From: an uncultured Veillonellaceae bacterium
GTDB taxonomy: Bacteria > Bacillota > Negativicutes > JARBTT01
DNA: 64,000 nt
Direction of reading: 5' to 3'
Assembly (NCBI GenBank): GCA_963805085.1
Contig: CAWDTA010000001.1
Location: 96,001 to 160,000, forward strand
The notes beneath the pieces were generated by a model that was not told the origin of the DNA, made no database searches, and worked only from the letters and a program-made list of their open reading frames with translations. Below, piece after piece: positions 9,215 to 19,243 of this stretch (within the stretch, counting starts at the first letter, position 1; every line of letters begins with the position of its first letter). Position numbers and translations under genes: made by a program.

Positions 9215-10393
9215 GTGAGAGCAAATATACATAAAATGGTGTACCTAGTTCTTGCCTTGACTTTCATGAGTTTATTATTTCTAGGATGTGGTGCAAAAGA
9301 AAATAGTAGCAATACGAATGAAATCTTACTTGGTGGTGATTATGAATTAACTGGTGGCTTAGCTGCGGTTGGAAAACAAACGGTGAATGGGATCAATTTA
9401 GCGATTAAGCAGACAAATGACAATGGTGGTGTCTTAGGTAAGAAAATTAAATTTATTGTTGCTGATAACAAATCAGAGCCTTCAGAAGCAGCAAATGCGA
9501 TAACGAAGCTGATTAATACGGATAAAGTAAAACTGGTATTTGGTTCGGTAGCAAGTTCCAATGTTTTGGCGTCAGTACAGATCGCTGAAGATGCTAAAGT
9601 TCCACTGATTACGGCAACTGCGACCAATCCAACAGTTACGGTAGACAATGGCGAGGTGAGAAAATATATTTTTAGAACGTGCTTTATTGATCCATTCCAA
9701 GGGGATATTATGGCCAATTTTGCCATTAATACTTTGCAGGCGAAAACAGCGGCCGTTTATGTGGATAGCAGTTCAGATTATTCAAAAGGTCTTGCCACCA
9801 TTTTTGAACAAAACTTCACGAAGCATGGTGGTAAAGTATTACTAAAAGAAGCGTTCTTACAAAAAGATCAAGATTTTAAAGCAACGCTTACAAAAATAAA
9901 AGCGATGAATCCCGATGTTATTTTTATTCCTGCCTATTATGAAGAAGTAGGTAAAATCTTAAAACAAGCAAGTGATTTAGGTGTGAAAGCAAAAATATTG
10001 GGTACAGACGGTTGGGATGACCCCAAATTAATTGAGATTGCTGGAATCAGTGCGGTAGAGGGAACTTATTTTAGTAACCATTATTCGCCTCAAGATACGG
10101 ATCCGCATGTCGTAAAATTTGTCGAAAGTTATCGTGCGGAATATAACCAAGAGCCAAGTGCATTAGCTGTACTTGGTTATGATGCGGCACTGGTTGTGAT
10201 TGATGCAATCAAACGTGCTGGTAGCGATGATCCCGAGAAAATTCGGCAGGCTTTAGAAGAGACAAAAGATATGCAAATAACCACGGGCTTGCTTAGTATC
10301 GATCAAAATCATAATTCCATCAAATCTGTCGTTGTTGTTGAATTGAAAGATGGGCAGCAGGTTTTTAAAGAAAAAATTGTACCAACTAAATAA
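9215..10393 (+). CDS. ABC transporter substrate-binding lipoprotein, LivK/LivJ (branched-chain amino acid) family
   Basis: Lipobox FLGC, ELTG..A..G, GGVLGKKI, FRTCFIDPFQG, DQDFKATLTKIK, GTDGWD. Confidence 0.9.
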   Translation: MRANIHKMVYLVLALTFMSLLFLGCGAKENSSNTNEILLGGDYELTGGLAAVGKQTVNGINLAIKQTNDNGGVLGKKIKFIVADNKSEPSEAANAITKLINTDKVKLVFGSVASSNVLASVQIAEDAKVPLITATATNPTVTVDNGEVRKYIFRTCFIDPFQGDIMANFAINTLQAKTAAVYVDSSSDYSKGLATIFEQNFTKHGGKVLLKEAFLQKDQDFKATLTKIKAMNPDVIFIPAYYEEVGKILKQASDLGVKAKILGTDGWDDPKLIEIAGISAVEGTYFSNHYSPQDTDPHVVKFVESYRAEYNQEPSALAVLGYDAALVVIDAIKRAGSDDPEKIRQALEETKDMQITTGLLSIDQNHNSIKSVVVVELKDGQQVFKEKIVPTK

Positions 10394-10406
10394 AAAAAGA
10401 TTTAGC

Positions 10407-10477
10407 TTGCATACACAATAAAAAATTGACCGTTTGCAATGAAAGTGTAAACGGTCAATTTTTTATTGTGTATGCAA
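10407..10477. terminator. long bidirectional terminator hairpin
   Basis: 29-bp perfect inverted repeat TTGCATACACAATAAAAAATTGACCGTTT, 10407-10435 and 10449-10477. Confidence 0.75.
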
Positions 10478-10652
10478 TTATTATTGATGGTGATTTCACT
10501 GTGAAATTTGGAAGGCGTTTTTCTTTAAAGGCACTTAGTCCTTCTTGGTGGTCAGCAGTTTGCATACAGAGGGGTTGCAATACTGCTTCATGGTTGAGTG
10601 TAATTGTTGCAATTTCATTTTCTACAGAATATAAGACAGCTCGATTTTCCAT
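10455..10652 (-). pseudogene. enoyl-CoA hydratase/crotonase remnant with a large in-frame internal deletion
   Basis: Crotonase N-terminus (VLYSVENEIATITLN) joined directly to the crotonase C-terminus (EAVLQPLCMQTADHQEGLSAFKEKRLPNF); RBS AGGAGG retained. Confidence 0.8.
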
Positions 10653-10743
10653 ACTATAAAATGCCTCCTATTTAATATCAATTGAGACTTAAGTCTATTT
10701 TACTATTTTACCTATTTGCGACATTTTCCGGCAAAAATTTTAT

Positions 10744-10776
10744 TTTCATCTATTTTTCAGAGTTGTTAGGTATACT
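10744..10776 (+). promoter_or_regulatory. putative OmpR/PhoB-family direct-repeat box plus -10 element
   Basis: TTTCA(10744)-N6-TTTCA(10755)-N11-TATACT(10771); 11-bp repeat period occupying the -35 position. Confidence 0.55.
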
Positions 10777-10807
10777 GCAACTATAAACTACTGAAAGCAT
10801 AAGGTGA

Positions 10808-12358
10808 ATGAAAATGAAACAAAAACAATGGATGAATATATTAATTATTGTCGGCGTAACAACATTCATTATGCTGTTTCAATTAGGGAATATACCATTA
10901 CTCGATCCTGATGAACCAGTCTATGCACAGACGGCAATTGAAATGCTGGCAAATAATGATTTTATTTCACCAAGAATTTATGGGGATTTTTGGTATGATA
11001 AGCCGCCAATGTATTATTGGCTGGTTGCGGGAATGATTAAACTTTTGGGGCAAGGAGAATTGGCTGCACGATTACCATCAGCGATTTTCGCAATTATAAC
11101 CGTATTGGTCATTTATTTTATTGGTAAATCAAGCATTAGCAGAAGAGCGGCTTTGTTTGGCGCATTGATTCTTGCAACTAGTTTTGAATTTTTTTACTTA
11201 GGAAAAGCAGCAGTAACAGATGTGACTTTGACTTGTTTTTTTAGTGTAGCTTTGTTAGCGTATCTAAAAAATAAGTATTCGTTGATGTATTTATTTATGG
11301 GGTTGGCTGTAATGACAAAGGGCCCGATTGGTCTCGTATTGCCAGGAATGATTATAGGAATACATTTGTTGTTGACGGGGCAAATTCGCAAGCTATTGCA
11401 AATGAAGTTAGGAAGAGGTCTGGCAATTGTTCTTGTGATTTTTGCACCTTGGTATGCAAAAATGTATCAATTGCATGGCATGGATTTTATCAATACTTTT
11501 TTAGGCTTTCATAATATCACGCGTTTTTTACAACCAGAACATGCTTCGGGTAGTAACTGGTATTATTATATTCCTGTCTTAATCCTCGGTTTTTTTCCTT
11601 GGTCGATGTTTCTGGGACAAGCGATTAAAGTCGGTATTCAAAATCGATCAAGCGAAGAAGGAAATATCTTATTACTTTTACTTAGCTGGTTGATGACTGT
11701 CTTTATATTCTTTAGTATTTCCCAAACAAAATTGATTTCTTATATATTACCGATGTATCCAGCTATTGCATTGCTTGTGGGGTGGTATATTGATCGCTTA
11801 TTAACGTTGAATTTAAATAAAAGCTTCGCGCGGGCAACAACTGTTTTTATTAGCATGAGCATTGTGCTCGTGATGGCTTTGGCAATAATGTCTTATCTTA
11901 AAATTGGTGAAGTGATTGCAGGAATTTGGTATTTGGGTATTGTGTTAGGAATCATGTCAGTAAGTGTCATATTAGCAAATTACCAAAAGAAAAATAGCTA
12001 TTCGATTGGAATCTTAATTGCCGGTATGATGATGTTTGTTGTGGTTTTGATGAATAATATCTTTCCTGCTGCCGCTGAATTTGTATCAGTGAAAACAATT
12101 GCCACCGATTTTAATCGTGTATATCAAGATAAAAATATTCCCGTTTATGTTGAAAAATTCTATCGTCCAGGTTTTTGTTACTATACAGGAATCGCTGGTA
12201 AGGAATTGAATGCCAACGTGGTTGACCTTATGAAAAGAAACGGAAGTGCATATTTGTTTATTCGTCAGGATAAATATTTGAGTTTATCAGAAAGAGAAAA
12301 AGCAAAATTACAGGTTGTGAGCAAACAAGCGGATATGATTTTAGTTTTTAAAGTGTGA
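10808..12358 (+). CDS. ArnT-family (GT-C) membrane glycosyltransferase
   Basis: LLDPDEPVY, WYDKPPMYYW, ARLPSA, TKGPIG, TKLISYILP; many TM helices. Confidence 0.9.
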   Translation: MKMKQKQWMNILIIVGVTTFIMLFQLGNIPLLDPDEPVYAQTAIEMLANNDFISPRIYGDFWYDKPPMYYWLVAGMIKLLGQGELAARLPSAIFAIITVLVIYFIGKSSISRRAALFGALILATSFEFFYLGKAAVTDVTLTCFFSVALLAYLKNKYSLMYLFMGLAVMTKGPIGLVLPGMIIGIHLLLTGQIRKLLQMKLGRGLAIVLVIFAPWYAKMYQLHGMDFINTFLGFHNITRFLQPEHASGSNWYYYIPVLILGFFPWSMFLGQAIKVGIQNRSSEEGNILLLLLSWLMTVFIFFSISQTKLISYILPMYPAIALLVGWYIDRLLTLNLNKSFARATTVFISMSIVLVMALAIMSYLKIGEVIAGIWYLGIVLGIMSVSVILANYQKKNSYSIGILIAGMMMFVVVLMNNIFPAAAEFVSVKTIATDFNRVYQDKNIPVYVEKFYRPGFCYYTGIAGKELNANVVDLMKRNGSAYLFIRQDKYLSLSEREKAKLQVVSKQADMILVFKV

Positions 12359-12377
12359 AATAAAAGAGGGTGCAACT

Positions 12378-13049
12378 ATGCGTGTCTTATTAGCAGAAGA
12401 TGATAAACGGTTAGGAAATCTTATTAAATATATGTTGGAGCAAAAGCAAGTATCGGTGGAATGGGTTGTTAGTGGCGATATGGCTTACGAATATGCAATG
12501 TATGATGAATATGATGTTCTAATCCTAGATTGGATGATGCCAATTGAAAGTGGTATTAGTACTTGTAAGCGATTACGTGAAAATGGCTATCAAAAAGCAA
12601 TTATTATGTTAACAGCACGTGATGATGTGGTAGATCGGGTAAATGGTCTCGATAGCGGTGCAGATGATTACTTGGTGAAGCCGTTTGAATTTAATGAATT
12701 ATTTGCCAGACTTAGAGCCTTGGGAAGACGTTGTAGTAATAAGTTGCAGCAAGATACACTTATCGTGGGAGATTTAATCTTAAATCGCAATAATAAAATG
12801 ATTGAAAAAGCTGGAGTAGAGGTGCAATTATCTCCACGGGAGTTCCAAATATTAGATCTCTTTGTGCAAAATCGTGGCAATGTAGTATCTCGAGATATAC
12901 TTTTAGATCGTGTTTGGGGAATGGAAACGGAAGTTAGTTCAAATAATATTGATGCGTACATCAAATTTTTACGTAAAAAAATTGAGGCTTGTGATAGTCA
13001 AATTATCATTCAAACTATTCGGGGGATTGGATATAAGTTGGAGGAATAG
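12378..13049 (+). CDS. OmpR/PhoB-family response regulator
   Basis: LAEDD, LDWMMP, GADDYLVKPF, winged helix ending TIRGIGY. Confidence 0.95.
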   Translation: MRVLLAEDDKRLGNLIKYMLEQKQVSVEWVVSGDMAYEYAMYDEYDVLILDWMMPIESGISTCKRLRENGYQKAIIMLTARDDVVDRVNGLDSGADDYLVKPFEFNELFARLRALGRRCSNKLQQDTLIVGDLILNRNNKMIEKAGVEVQLSPREFQILDLFVQNRGNVVSRDILLDRVWGMETEVSSNNIDAYIKFLRKKIEACDSQIIIQTIRGIGYKLEE

Positions 13050-13052
13050 TAG

Positions 13053-14318
13053 ATGTTTCAAAAAATACGGCGACGCTTAACTTGTGTTTATGCTTCTATC
13101 ATGGCAGTTTTTTTTATACTGCTGGTTTTGGGTGCGCATAAAAGTATGCTTTGGTCGATTACCTCAGAGCAAGAGCGCGAGGTACTATTGTTCTTAGATG
13201 AAGAGGTTCATGAACATTTACTTTTGTTTCAACATAAAGAAGTACTTGAAACAGAAGATGATTATAAAGATGGTACAGGCAGAATGTATTATTATGCTTA
13301 TGATAAGGAGGCCAAATTACTAGATGCAGCCAGAGCACACGAAGATATAGAAAATATAATTATTGATAAAATTGAAAATTGGGATGTCAAAGACGGCGAA
13401 GTTGTTTCATTGAAAAATCATGAATATAAATTAATGATGGCGGCAATGCCGATTGTAATTAATGGAGATAAAGCTGGGATGATTTATGTCGGACGTGATG
13501 TTACCGCGATCTATCGGGGGCAACAAAAATCAACGATTGTATTAGCAATTCTTTCAGCAGTTGCTTTGATGTTAGCTACCATTGCAGGGCATATTATGGC
13601 AGGTCGGACCATTGTGCCAATAAAGATCGCCTATGAGAAACAGCGTCAATTTACTGCCGATGCTTCTCATGAGTTGCGTACTCCACTTAGTGTTGTGATG
13701 TCTTCTGTCGATGTGCTGCAAAATGACCCTAGTCAAACGTCGCCTTTTATCAAACAAGTGATTGAAGATATGAAGGATGAAACAAAGCGGATGGCGAAAC
13801 TGGTTGCTGATTTATTAGCTATTGCTAGAAATGACAATTATGGTATCGCCATCATCAAACAAAAGTTTGATGTAATTGAAGTAATCGAACAAGTGATTCG
13901 TAAAATGAAGCCTTTGGCGCAGGCTAAGAATATTAAGCTGTACTTTGCCAAGCAACCAAGATTAGAATTTCATGCAGATATAGAACGAATCAAACAGTTA
14001 CTTCTTATTTTAGTGGATAATGCAATTAAATACACGCCGGAGAATGGCCTCGTTACAATAAAAATAGGACATAGCCAAGAAGGGAAAAAGTTAAAGTTGA
14101 TGATAACTGATACAGGGATGGGGATACCGAGAGAAGATCAAACACATATATTTGATCGATTTTATCGTGTAGATAAAGCGCGTTCTAGGGAATCCGGCGG
14201 TGCTGGACTCGGCCTTGCCATTGCAAAGGGGATTGTGGATGTGCATGGTGGGGAAATAAGGGTTGAGAGTAATGTTGGTAGTGGTTCAACCTTTATCGTG
14301 GTGCTGCCGAAATGTTGA
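13053..14318 (+). CDS. sensor histidine kinase (2 TM)
   Basis: DASHELRTPL H-box, DNAIKY, DTGMGI, IFDRFYR, GAGLGLAI. Confidence 0.95.
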   Translation: MFQKIRRRLTCVYASIMAVFFILLVLGAHKSMLWSITSEQEREVLLFLDEEVHEHLLLFQHKEVLETEDDYKDGTGRMYYYAYDKEAKLLDAARAHEDIENIIIDKIENWDVKDGEVVSLKNHEYKLMMAAMPIVINGDKAGMIYVGRDVTAIYRGQQKSTIVLAILSAVALMLATIAGHIMAGRTIVPIKIAYEKQRQFTADASHELRTPLSVVMSSVDVLQNDPSQTSPFIKQVIEDMKDETKRMAKLVADLLAIARNDNYGIAIIKQKFDVIEVIEQVIRKMKPLAQAKNIKLYFAKQPRLEFHADIERIKQLLLILVDNAIKYTPENGLVTIKIGHSQEGKKLKLMITDTGMGIPREDQTHIFDRFYRVDKARSRESGGAGLGLAIAKGIVDVHGGEIRVESNVGSGSTFIVVLPKC

Positions 14319-15913
14319 AATATAAAAATGAATTGATGATATTCATTGGAAGTATGTTGCTCTATACGTTGTTTAATTGGCAAATACCGATCACAGATCC
14401 CGTAGAATCTAATTATGCACTTACAGCAAAAGAAATGCTGTTAAGTGGTGATCTATTAAGTATGCGGATATATGGACAATACTGGTATGATAAACCAGCG
14501 ATGATTTATTGGCTGATTATTGCATGTTATAAATTATTTGGCATCAATGCATTTGCAGCGCGATTGCCGATGGTAGTAGCAAGTGCGTGTAGTTTGAGCT
14601 TTTTATATTGGTTTGTATATAAGTTATATCAAAATACCCGGATTGCTTGGATGAGTGTAGTTGTTTTAGCTACTTCATTTGAATTTTGGGTGATTGGTAA
14701 AATGATCATTACGGATTCGATACTGTTTTTGTTTGATGGTATGGCACTCGGGTTTTGGTTTTTAGCATTTAAAACCGAAAGACAAAAATATTATTATGCT
14801 AGTTATAGCATGGCGGCCTTGGCTGTGCTCACCAAAGGACCAGTGGGCATTGTACTGCCAGCGATGATTGTAGCCGTATATCTGATCATCAGTAAGAAAT
14901 ATTATTTGTTTAAAAAAGCATGTAATTTATCGGCAATCACTATGTTTCTTGTGATTGCATTGCCATGGTATATCTATATGTATATCGTCCATGGCAATGA
15001 TTTTGTTGATGGGTTTTTAGGTCTTCATAATATTACACGGGCTATGGTCTCAGAGCACCCTAAGGATAATGTTATTTATTATTACTTGGTCGTACTTCCC
15101 TTGTGTTTGCTACCGTGGTCGGGAATTTTTATTCGTAGTATTTATCAAACCTTCAAAGAGCGACATTTGGATGATAAACAGCTGTATTTATTTTGTTGGA
15201 TTGGCGTGACTATCGTTTTTTACACATTCATGGCAACCAAATATTTGACTTATATCTTTATCGTCTTACTACCAGCAGCAATTCTTATTGCCTTGCAGTT
15301 AGAAACAATGTTGCGGCAGGGGAGAAACAAAAGTTGGCTGTGGTTGACAATTCCTGTAATATTGTTGATCATCAGCCTAGCAGCTACCATGATGATAATA
15401 ATGGATATGGCAGTGAATGTTAGTAGTTTGATTATATTTTTTACCTTTTTACTATGCTTGTTTGCTATTCTTTATCTACAACTAAAGGGTAAAAACTTCA
15501 TTGTTTTCGGGGCAAGTGTAATTAGTATGATTCTTATTATGGTGGCCAGCGGTGGCATTTTACCATATTATGCAAACAAACGTAGTTCAGAAGATATCAT
15601 CAAATATTTGCCACAAAATGGTGAAATTATGGCGTCTTATGGTGACTATCAAACTTCAGTAGTATTTTACCATGGTGATGTGTTATTAAAATTAGAAGAA
15701 GATAGATCTACTGGAAACAACGTTTGGGTGAATAAGTATGACATGCCAAAACAAAAAATTTCCGACTTTGCAGGAATGACTAAGGATCGTAGTGATGTTT
15801 ATGTTATAGTTTATTTCGAGGATTGTGATAATTTCGAAAGGACTAGTATCGGCAAGGATTATAGCGAAATTGCCCGAGGAAGCCGTGATGTGGTCTATAA
15901 GAAGAATGAGTAA
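14312..15913 (+). CDS. second ArnT-family membrane glycosyltransferase
   Basis: ITDPVESNY, WYDKPAMIYW, TKGPVG, TKYLTY; paralog of 10808..12358; overlaps the kinase stop. Confidence 0.9.
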   Translation: MLKYKNELMIFIGSMLLYTLFNWQIPITDPVESNYALTAKEMLLSGDLLSMRIYGQYWYDKPAMIYWLIIACYKLFGINAFAARLPMVVASACSLSFLYWFVYKLYQNTRIAWMSVVVLATSFEFWVIGKMIITDSILFLFDGMALGFWFLAFKTERQKYYYASYSMAALAVLTKGPVGIVLPAMIVAVYLIISKKYYLFKKACNLSAITMFLVIALPWYIYMYIVHGNDFVDGFLGLHNITRAMVSEHPKDNVIYYYLVVLPLCLLPWSGIFIRSIYQTFKERHLDDKQLYLFCWIGVTIVFYTFMATKYLTYIFIVLLPAAILIALQLETMLRQGRNKSWLWLTIPVILLIISLAATMMIIMDMAVNVSSLIIFFTFLLCLFAILYLQLKGKNFIVFGASVISMILIMVASGGILPYYANKRSSEDIIKYLPQNGEIMASYGDYQTSVVFYHGDVLLKLEEDRSTGNNVWVNKYDMPKQKISDFAGMTKDRSDVYVIVYFEDCDNFERTSIGKDYSEIARGSRDVVYKKNE

Positions 15914-15917
15914 AATT

Positions 15918-15962
15918 AAGGACTGAATTCTGTATTATATAGGGTTCAGTCCTTTTCCTTTT
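15918..15962 (+). terminator. intrinsic terminator
   Basis: AAGGACTGAATTCT / AGGGTTCAGTCCTT stem followed by T-rich tract. Confidence 0.75.
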
Positions 15963-16054
15963 GTCTTTGATTCTAGTGATTCCACGAAATGGATTTTGTG
16001 TATAAATTTAATATAATATTAACAAAAAAATGCAAATGGTAGGGACTTTAGGGA

Positions 16055-16079
16055 AGGAATTTCGTTAATTATGTCAAAT
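16055..16079 (+). promoter_or_regulatory. possible sigmaH-like promoter of the chemosensory cluster
   Basis: AGGA-N17-AAAT, one mismatch to AGGA-N17-GAAT; no sigD-type GCCGAT box seen. Confidence 0.25.
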
Positions 16080-16203
16080 TCACATATAAAGTGTAATTAT
16101 AAATTTTTTTTATGAAAGCATATATAACCATATTTGGTTTTATTTAAAAATGATGATTGTTCTTTAAAAATAATATGACTTTAATTGAATTTTTGGGGGT
16201 AAG

Positions 16204-16578
16204 ATGATGAAAAAAATGAAAAGAGTATTAATTGTAGATGATGCGGCCTTTGTGAGATTGACAATCAGAACTATGCTTGAAAAAAATGGGTACGAAGTAG
16301 TCGGAGAAGCAAATGATGGTAATGTTGCCGTGAGTAAGTATATGGAACTTAGGCCGGATTTTATGACATTAGATATTACCATGCCCAACATGGATGGAAT
16401 AGAGACACTAAAAGCAATACGAAATCTTGATAAAAATGCAGTTGTTATCATGGTCTCGGCCCTGGGACAAGAACGGTATATTAAAGATGCAGTTATAAAT
16501 GGAGCCAAATATTTTCTAGTGAAGCCTTTTAAAGAAGAAAATGTAATTGAAACGATTCAGAAAATAGTAGGTGCATAA
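16204..16578 (+). CDS. cheY: chemotaxis response regulator CheY
   Basis: Stand-alone receiver (VDDA, LDITMP, VKPF), first gene of the che cluster. Confidence 0.88.
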   Translation: MMKKMKRVLIVDDAAFVRLTIRTMLEKNGYEVVGEANDGNVAVSKYMELRPDFMTLDITMPNMDGIETLKAIRNLDKNAVVIMVSALGQERYIKDAVINGAKYFLVKPFKEENVIETIQKIVGA

Positions 16579-16602
16579 ATCCAAGAAAGGATTGATTTTT
16601 GT

Positions 16603-18645
16603 ATGGAACCAATGTTAGAGATGTTCATTTTTGAGACAAATCAAAACTTAGAACAATTAGAACAGATCACCATGAATAGCGAAAAAAGTGGAACCTTTAG
16701 TAGCGAAGAAATTAATGATATTTTTCGTATCATGCATACGATAAAAGGTTCATCCGCGATGATGCTGGTTAATGAAGTAGCAGCATTAGCGCATTCCATT
16801 GAGGATATTTTCTTTTATATGCGTGAAAATAAACCAGAAAATGTTGAATGTTCTACCCTCACGGATATTATTCTAGATTCGGCTGATTTTATTAAGGAAG
16901 AAATCAGCAAACTAGAAGTAGGAAAGCCAGCGGATGCGAGTGCTAGCTTACTAAGTGAGTCTACGAAGGCATTTTTAACAGAATTAAAAAAGAGCAATGG
17001 TGATATAGTTCAAGAAAAAACTCCTAAAAAGCCAGCTAAAAATCAACAATATTATATTGCATCGGAAAAAGCTTCAGATGAAGCAGAAGAGTTAAATGTC
17101 TTTTATGCAGTGATTAAATATAAAGAAAATTGCGAAATGGAAAATATTAGAGCATACACGGTGATGAATTCTATGCAAGATGTTGTAAAAGAAATTTACT
17201 GTTTACCTGATAATATTTTAGAAGATGATGATACTGCTTTTGAAATCCGTAGAAATGGCTTTAATATTTGGTTTACAACGACAAAAAGTTATGAAGAGAT
17301 CCACAACTTATTAGAAAAAACTATTTTTTTGCAGGAATTAGCGGTCAAGCAACTAGCTAGTGTCGAGGAATGTGAGTTTTGGCCAGTAAAAAAGGCAGTG
17401 GTTAAAGAAGTTGTTTTAGATGATGTACCAATCAAACCAATTTTAGTAGCTAAAAAATCGGAAGGTCACGATGTACACCAAACCATGATTAGTGTAAATG
17501 TAGTCAAACTCGATGTGCTCATGGATTTGGTTGGTGAACTGGTTATTGCTGAGGCAATGGTTACGCAAAATCCTGAACTTGCCGGGCTAGAATTGAAAAG
17601 CTTTCATAAAGCTTCACGGCAATTGAAAAAGATTAGTAGTGAATTACAAGATGGAGTTATGTCAATTCGCATGGTTCCACTTTCCGGTACTTTTCAAAAA
17701 ATGAATCGCATTGTGCGTGATATGTCAAAAAAACTAAATAAGCAAGTTGAACTAGTTCTTGTTGGTGAAGAAACTGAAGTAGATAAAAATGTGATTGAAC
17801 ATATTTCAGATCCTTTGATGCATTTGATTAGAAATTCGCTTGACCATGGGATCGAAATTCCCGAGGAACGGGTGAAAAATGGTAAAAACTCAATTGGTAA
17901 AATAACGTTAGAAGCAAAAAATGCTGGTAATGAAGTCGTTATTAATATTGTAGATGATGGTCAAGGATTAAATCGCGATAAAATATTAAAACGTGCAAGG
18001 GAAAATAATCTTATTTATAAAAGTGAAGCAGAATTAACGGATAAGGAAATTTACTCTTTTATTTTTTCACCGGGTTTTTCAACAAAAGAAGAAGTAACTG
18101 AATTTTCTGGCAGGGGCGTTGGTATGGACGTTGTTATGAAAAATATCAATGCCGTTGGTGGGACAATTTTAGTAAATAGTGAGCCGGGTAAGGGCAGTAT
18201 TATTACGCTTAAAATACCACTGACATTAGCGATTATTGCAGGAATGACTGTTAAGGTTGGTAATGCTAGCTATACGATTCCAATCGTATCAATTCGTGAA
18301 TCTTTTAGGCCCATTGAGCAAAATATCATACATGATCCAGATGGCAGTGAAATGATCATGGTTCGTGGGCAATGTTATCCAATTGTTCGGTTACATAAGA
18401 TTTATAATATTAGCACTGAAGTGACTGATTTTACAAAAGGAATCATCATTATGGTTGAAACAGAAAAAATGACGATTGGGATATTTGCCGACCAATTAAT
18501 CGGGCAACAACAAATTGTTGTAAAGCCGGTACCAATTTACATTAAAAATGTTTCAAGCATAGCTGGAATTACAGGCTGTACGCTCCTCGGTGATGGTAAT
18601 ATTAGTTTAATTTTAGACGCTGTTGGATTAATGAGTAAAATATAA
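16603..18645 (+). CDS. cheA: chemotaxis histidine kinase CheA
   Basis: P1 FRIMHTIKGSS, LMDLVGELVI, HLIRNSLDHGIE, SGRGVGMDVV, C-terminal CheW-like domain. Confidence 0.96.
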   Translation: MEPMLEMFIFETNQNLEQLEQITMNSEKSGTFSSEEINDIFRIMHTIKGSSAMMLVNEVAALAHSIEDIFFYMRENKPENVECSTLTDIILDSADFIKEEISKLEVGKPADASASLLSESTKAFLTELKKSNGDIVQEKTPKKPAKNQQYYIASEKASDEAEELNVFYAVIKYKENCEMENIRAYTVMNSMQDVVKEIYCLPDNILEDDDTAFEIRRNGFNIWFTTTKSYEEIHNLLEKTIFLQELAVKQLASVEECEFWPVKKAVVKEVVLDDVPIKPILVAKKSEGHDVHQTMISVNVVKLDVLMDLVGELVIAEAMVTQNPELAGLELKSFHKASRQLKKISSELQDGVMSIRMVPLSGTFQKMNRIVRDMSKKLNKQVELVLVGEETEVDKNVIEHISDPLMHLIRNSLDHGIEIPEERVKNGKNSIGKITLEAKNAGNEVVINIVDDGQGLNRDKILKRARENNLIYKSEAELTDKEIYSFIFSPGFSTKEEVTEFSGRGVGMDVVMKNINAVGGTILVNSEPGKGSIITLKIPLTLAIIAGMTVKVGNASYTIPIVSIRESFRPIEQNIIHDPDGSEMIMVRGQCYPIVRLHKIYNISTEVTDFTKGIIIMVETEKMTIGIFADQLIGQQQIVVKPVPIYIKNVSSIAGITGCTLLGDGNISLILDAVGLMSKI

Positions 18646-18671
18646 TATGTAGGTAATTGGAGTGGTAAGTT

Positions 18672-19157
18672 ATGGCTAAAGATATCAATGACTTCTACGA
18701 AGAAGATACACAAAAAGGAAAGTTTTTAACATTTGGTATTGGTAGAGAAGTATACGGTCTTGAAATTAGTGTTGTAACTGAAATTATCAGTATCCAAAAG
18801 ATTACAGAGATTCCTGAAGTTCCTGAGTATATTAAGGGAATTATAAATTTACGAGGGAAAATTATTCCGGTGATGGATGTGAGATTGCGTTTTAAGAAAG
18901 CGTTTAGAGAGTATACTGAACGCACTTGTATCATCGTAGTACAAGTGCACGAGCTAGCAATTGGCTTTATTGTCGACGATGTATCTGAAGTGATTTTTAT
19001 GAGTGACCAACAGATTGTTTCTAAGCCAGAAATTAAGTCGGCCCAAAACCAGTACATTAAAAATATTGGTAAAGTTGGTGCTGAAATAAAGTTAATCCTT
19101 GACTGTGAAAAAATGATTAGCGCTGATGATGAAACAATATTAATAAATTTAGAATAA
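18672..19157 (+). CDS. cheW: chemotaxis coupling protein CheW
   Basis: GIINLRGKIIPVMDVR, GFIVDDVSEV. Confidence 0.95.
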   Translation: MAKDINDFYEEDTQKGKFLTFGIGREVYGLEISVVTEIISIQKITEIPEVPEYIKGIINLRGKIIPVMDVRLRFKKAFREYTERTCIIVVQVHELAIGFIVDDVSEVIFMSDQQIVSKPEIKSAQNQYIKNIGKVGAEIKLILDCEKMISADDETILINLE

Positions 19158-19243
19158 GAGTCATTTAAAATTCCACGTATTGCGCTCAGCAGTGCGGATT
19201 TTAATAAATATTCGTCTTAATCACGATAAAAGATAAGGAAGGG

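Noticed and set aside
10407-10477. 29-bp perfect inverted repeat as a MITE
   Set aside because: No target-site duplication or second copy in the window; position between convergent genes fits a terminator, like those at 1913 and 63729.
16020-16070. c-di-GMP riboswitch upstream of cheY
   Set aside because: GCAAA is present but the paired stems and GNRA/receptor elements of the aptamer are not.
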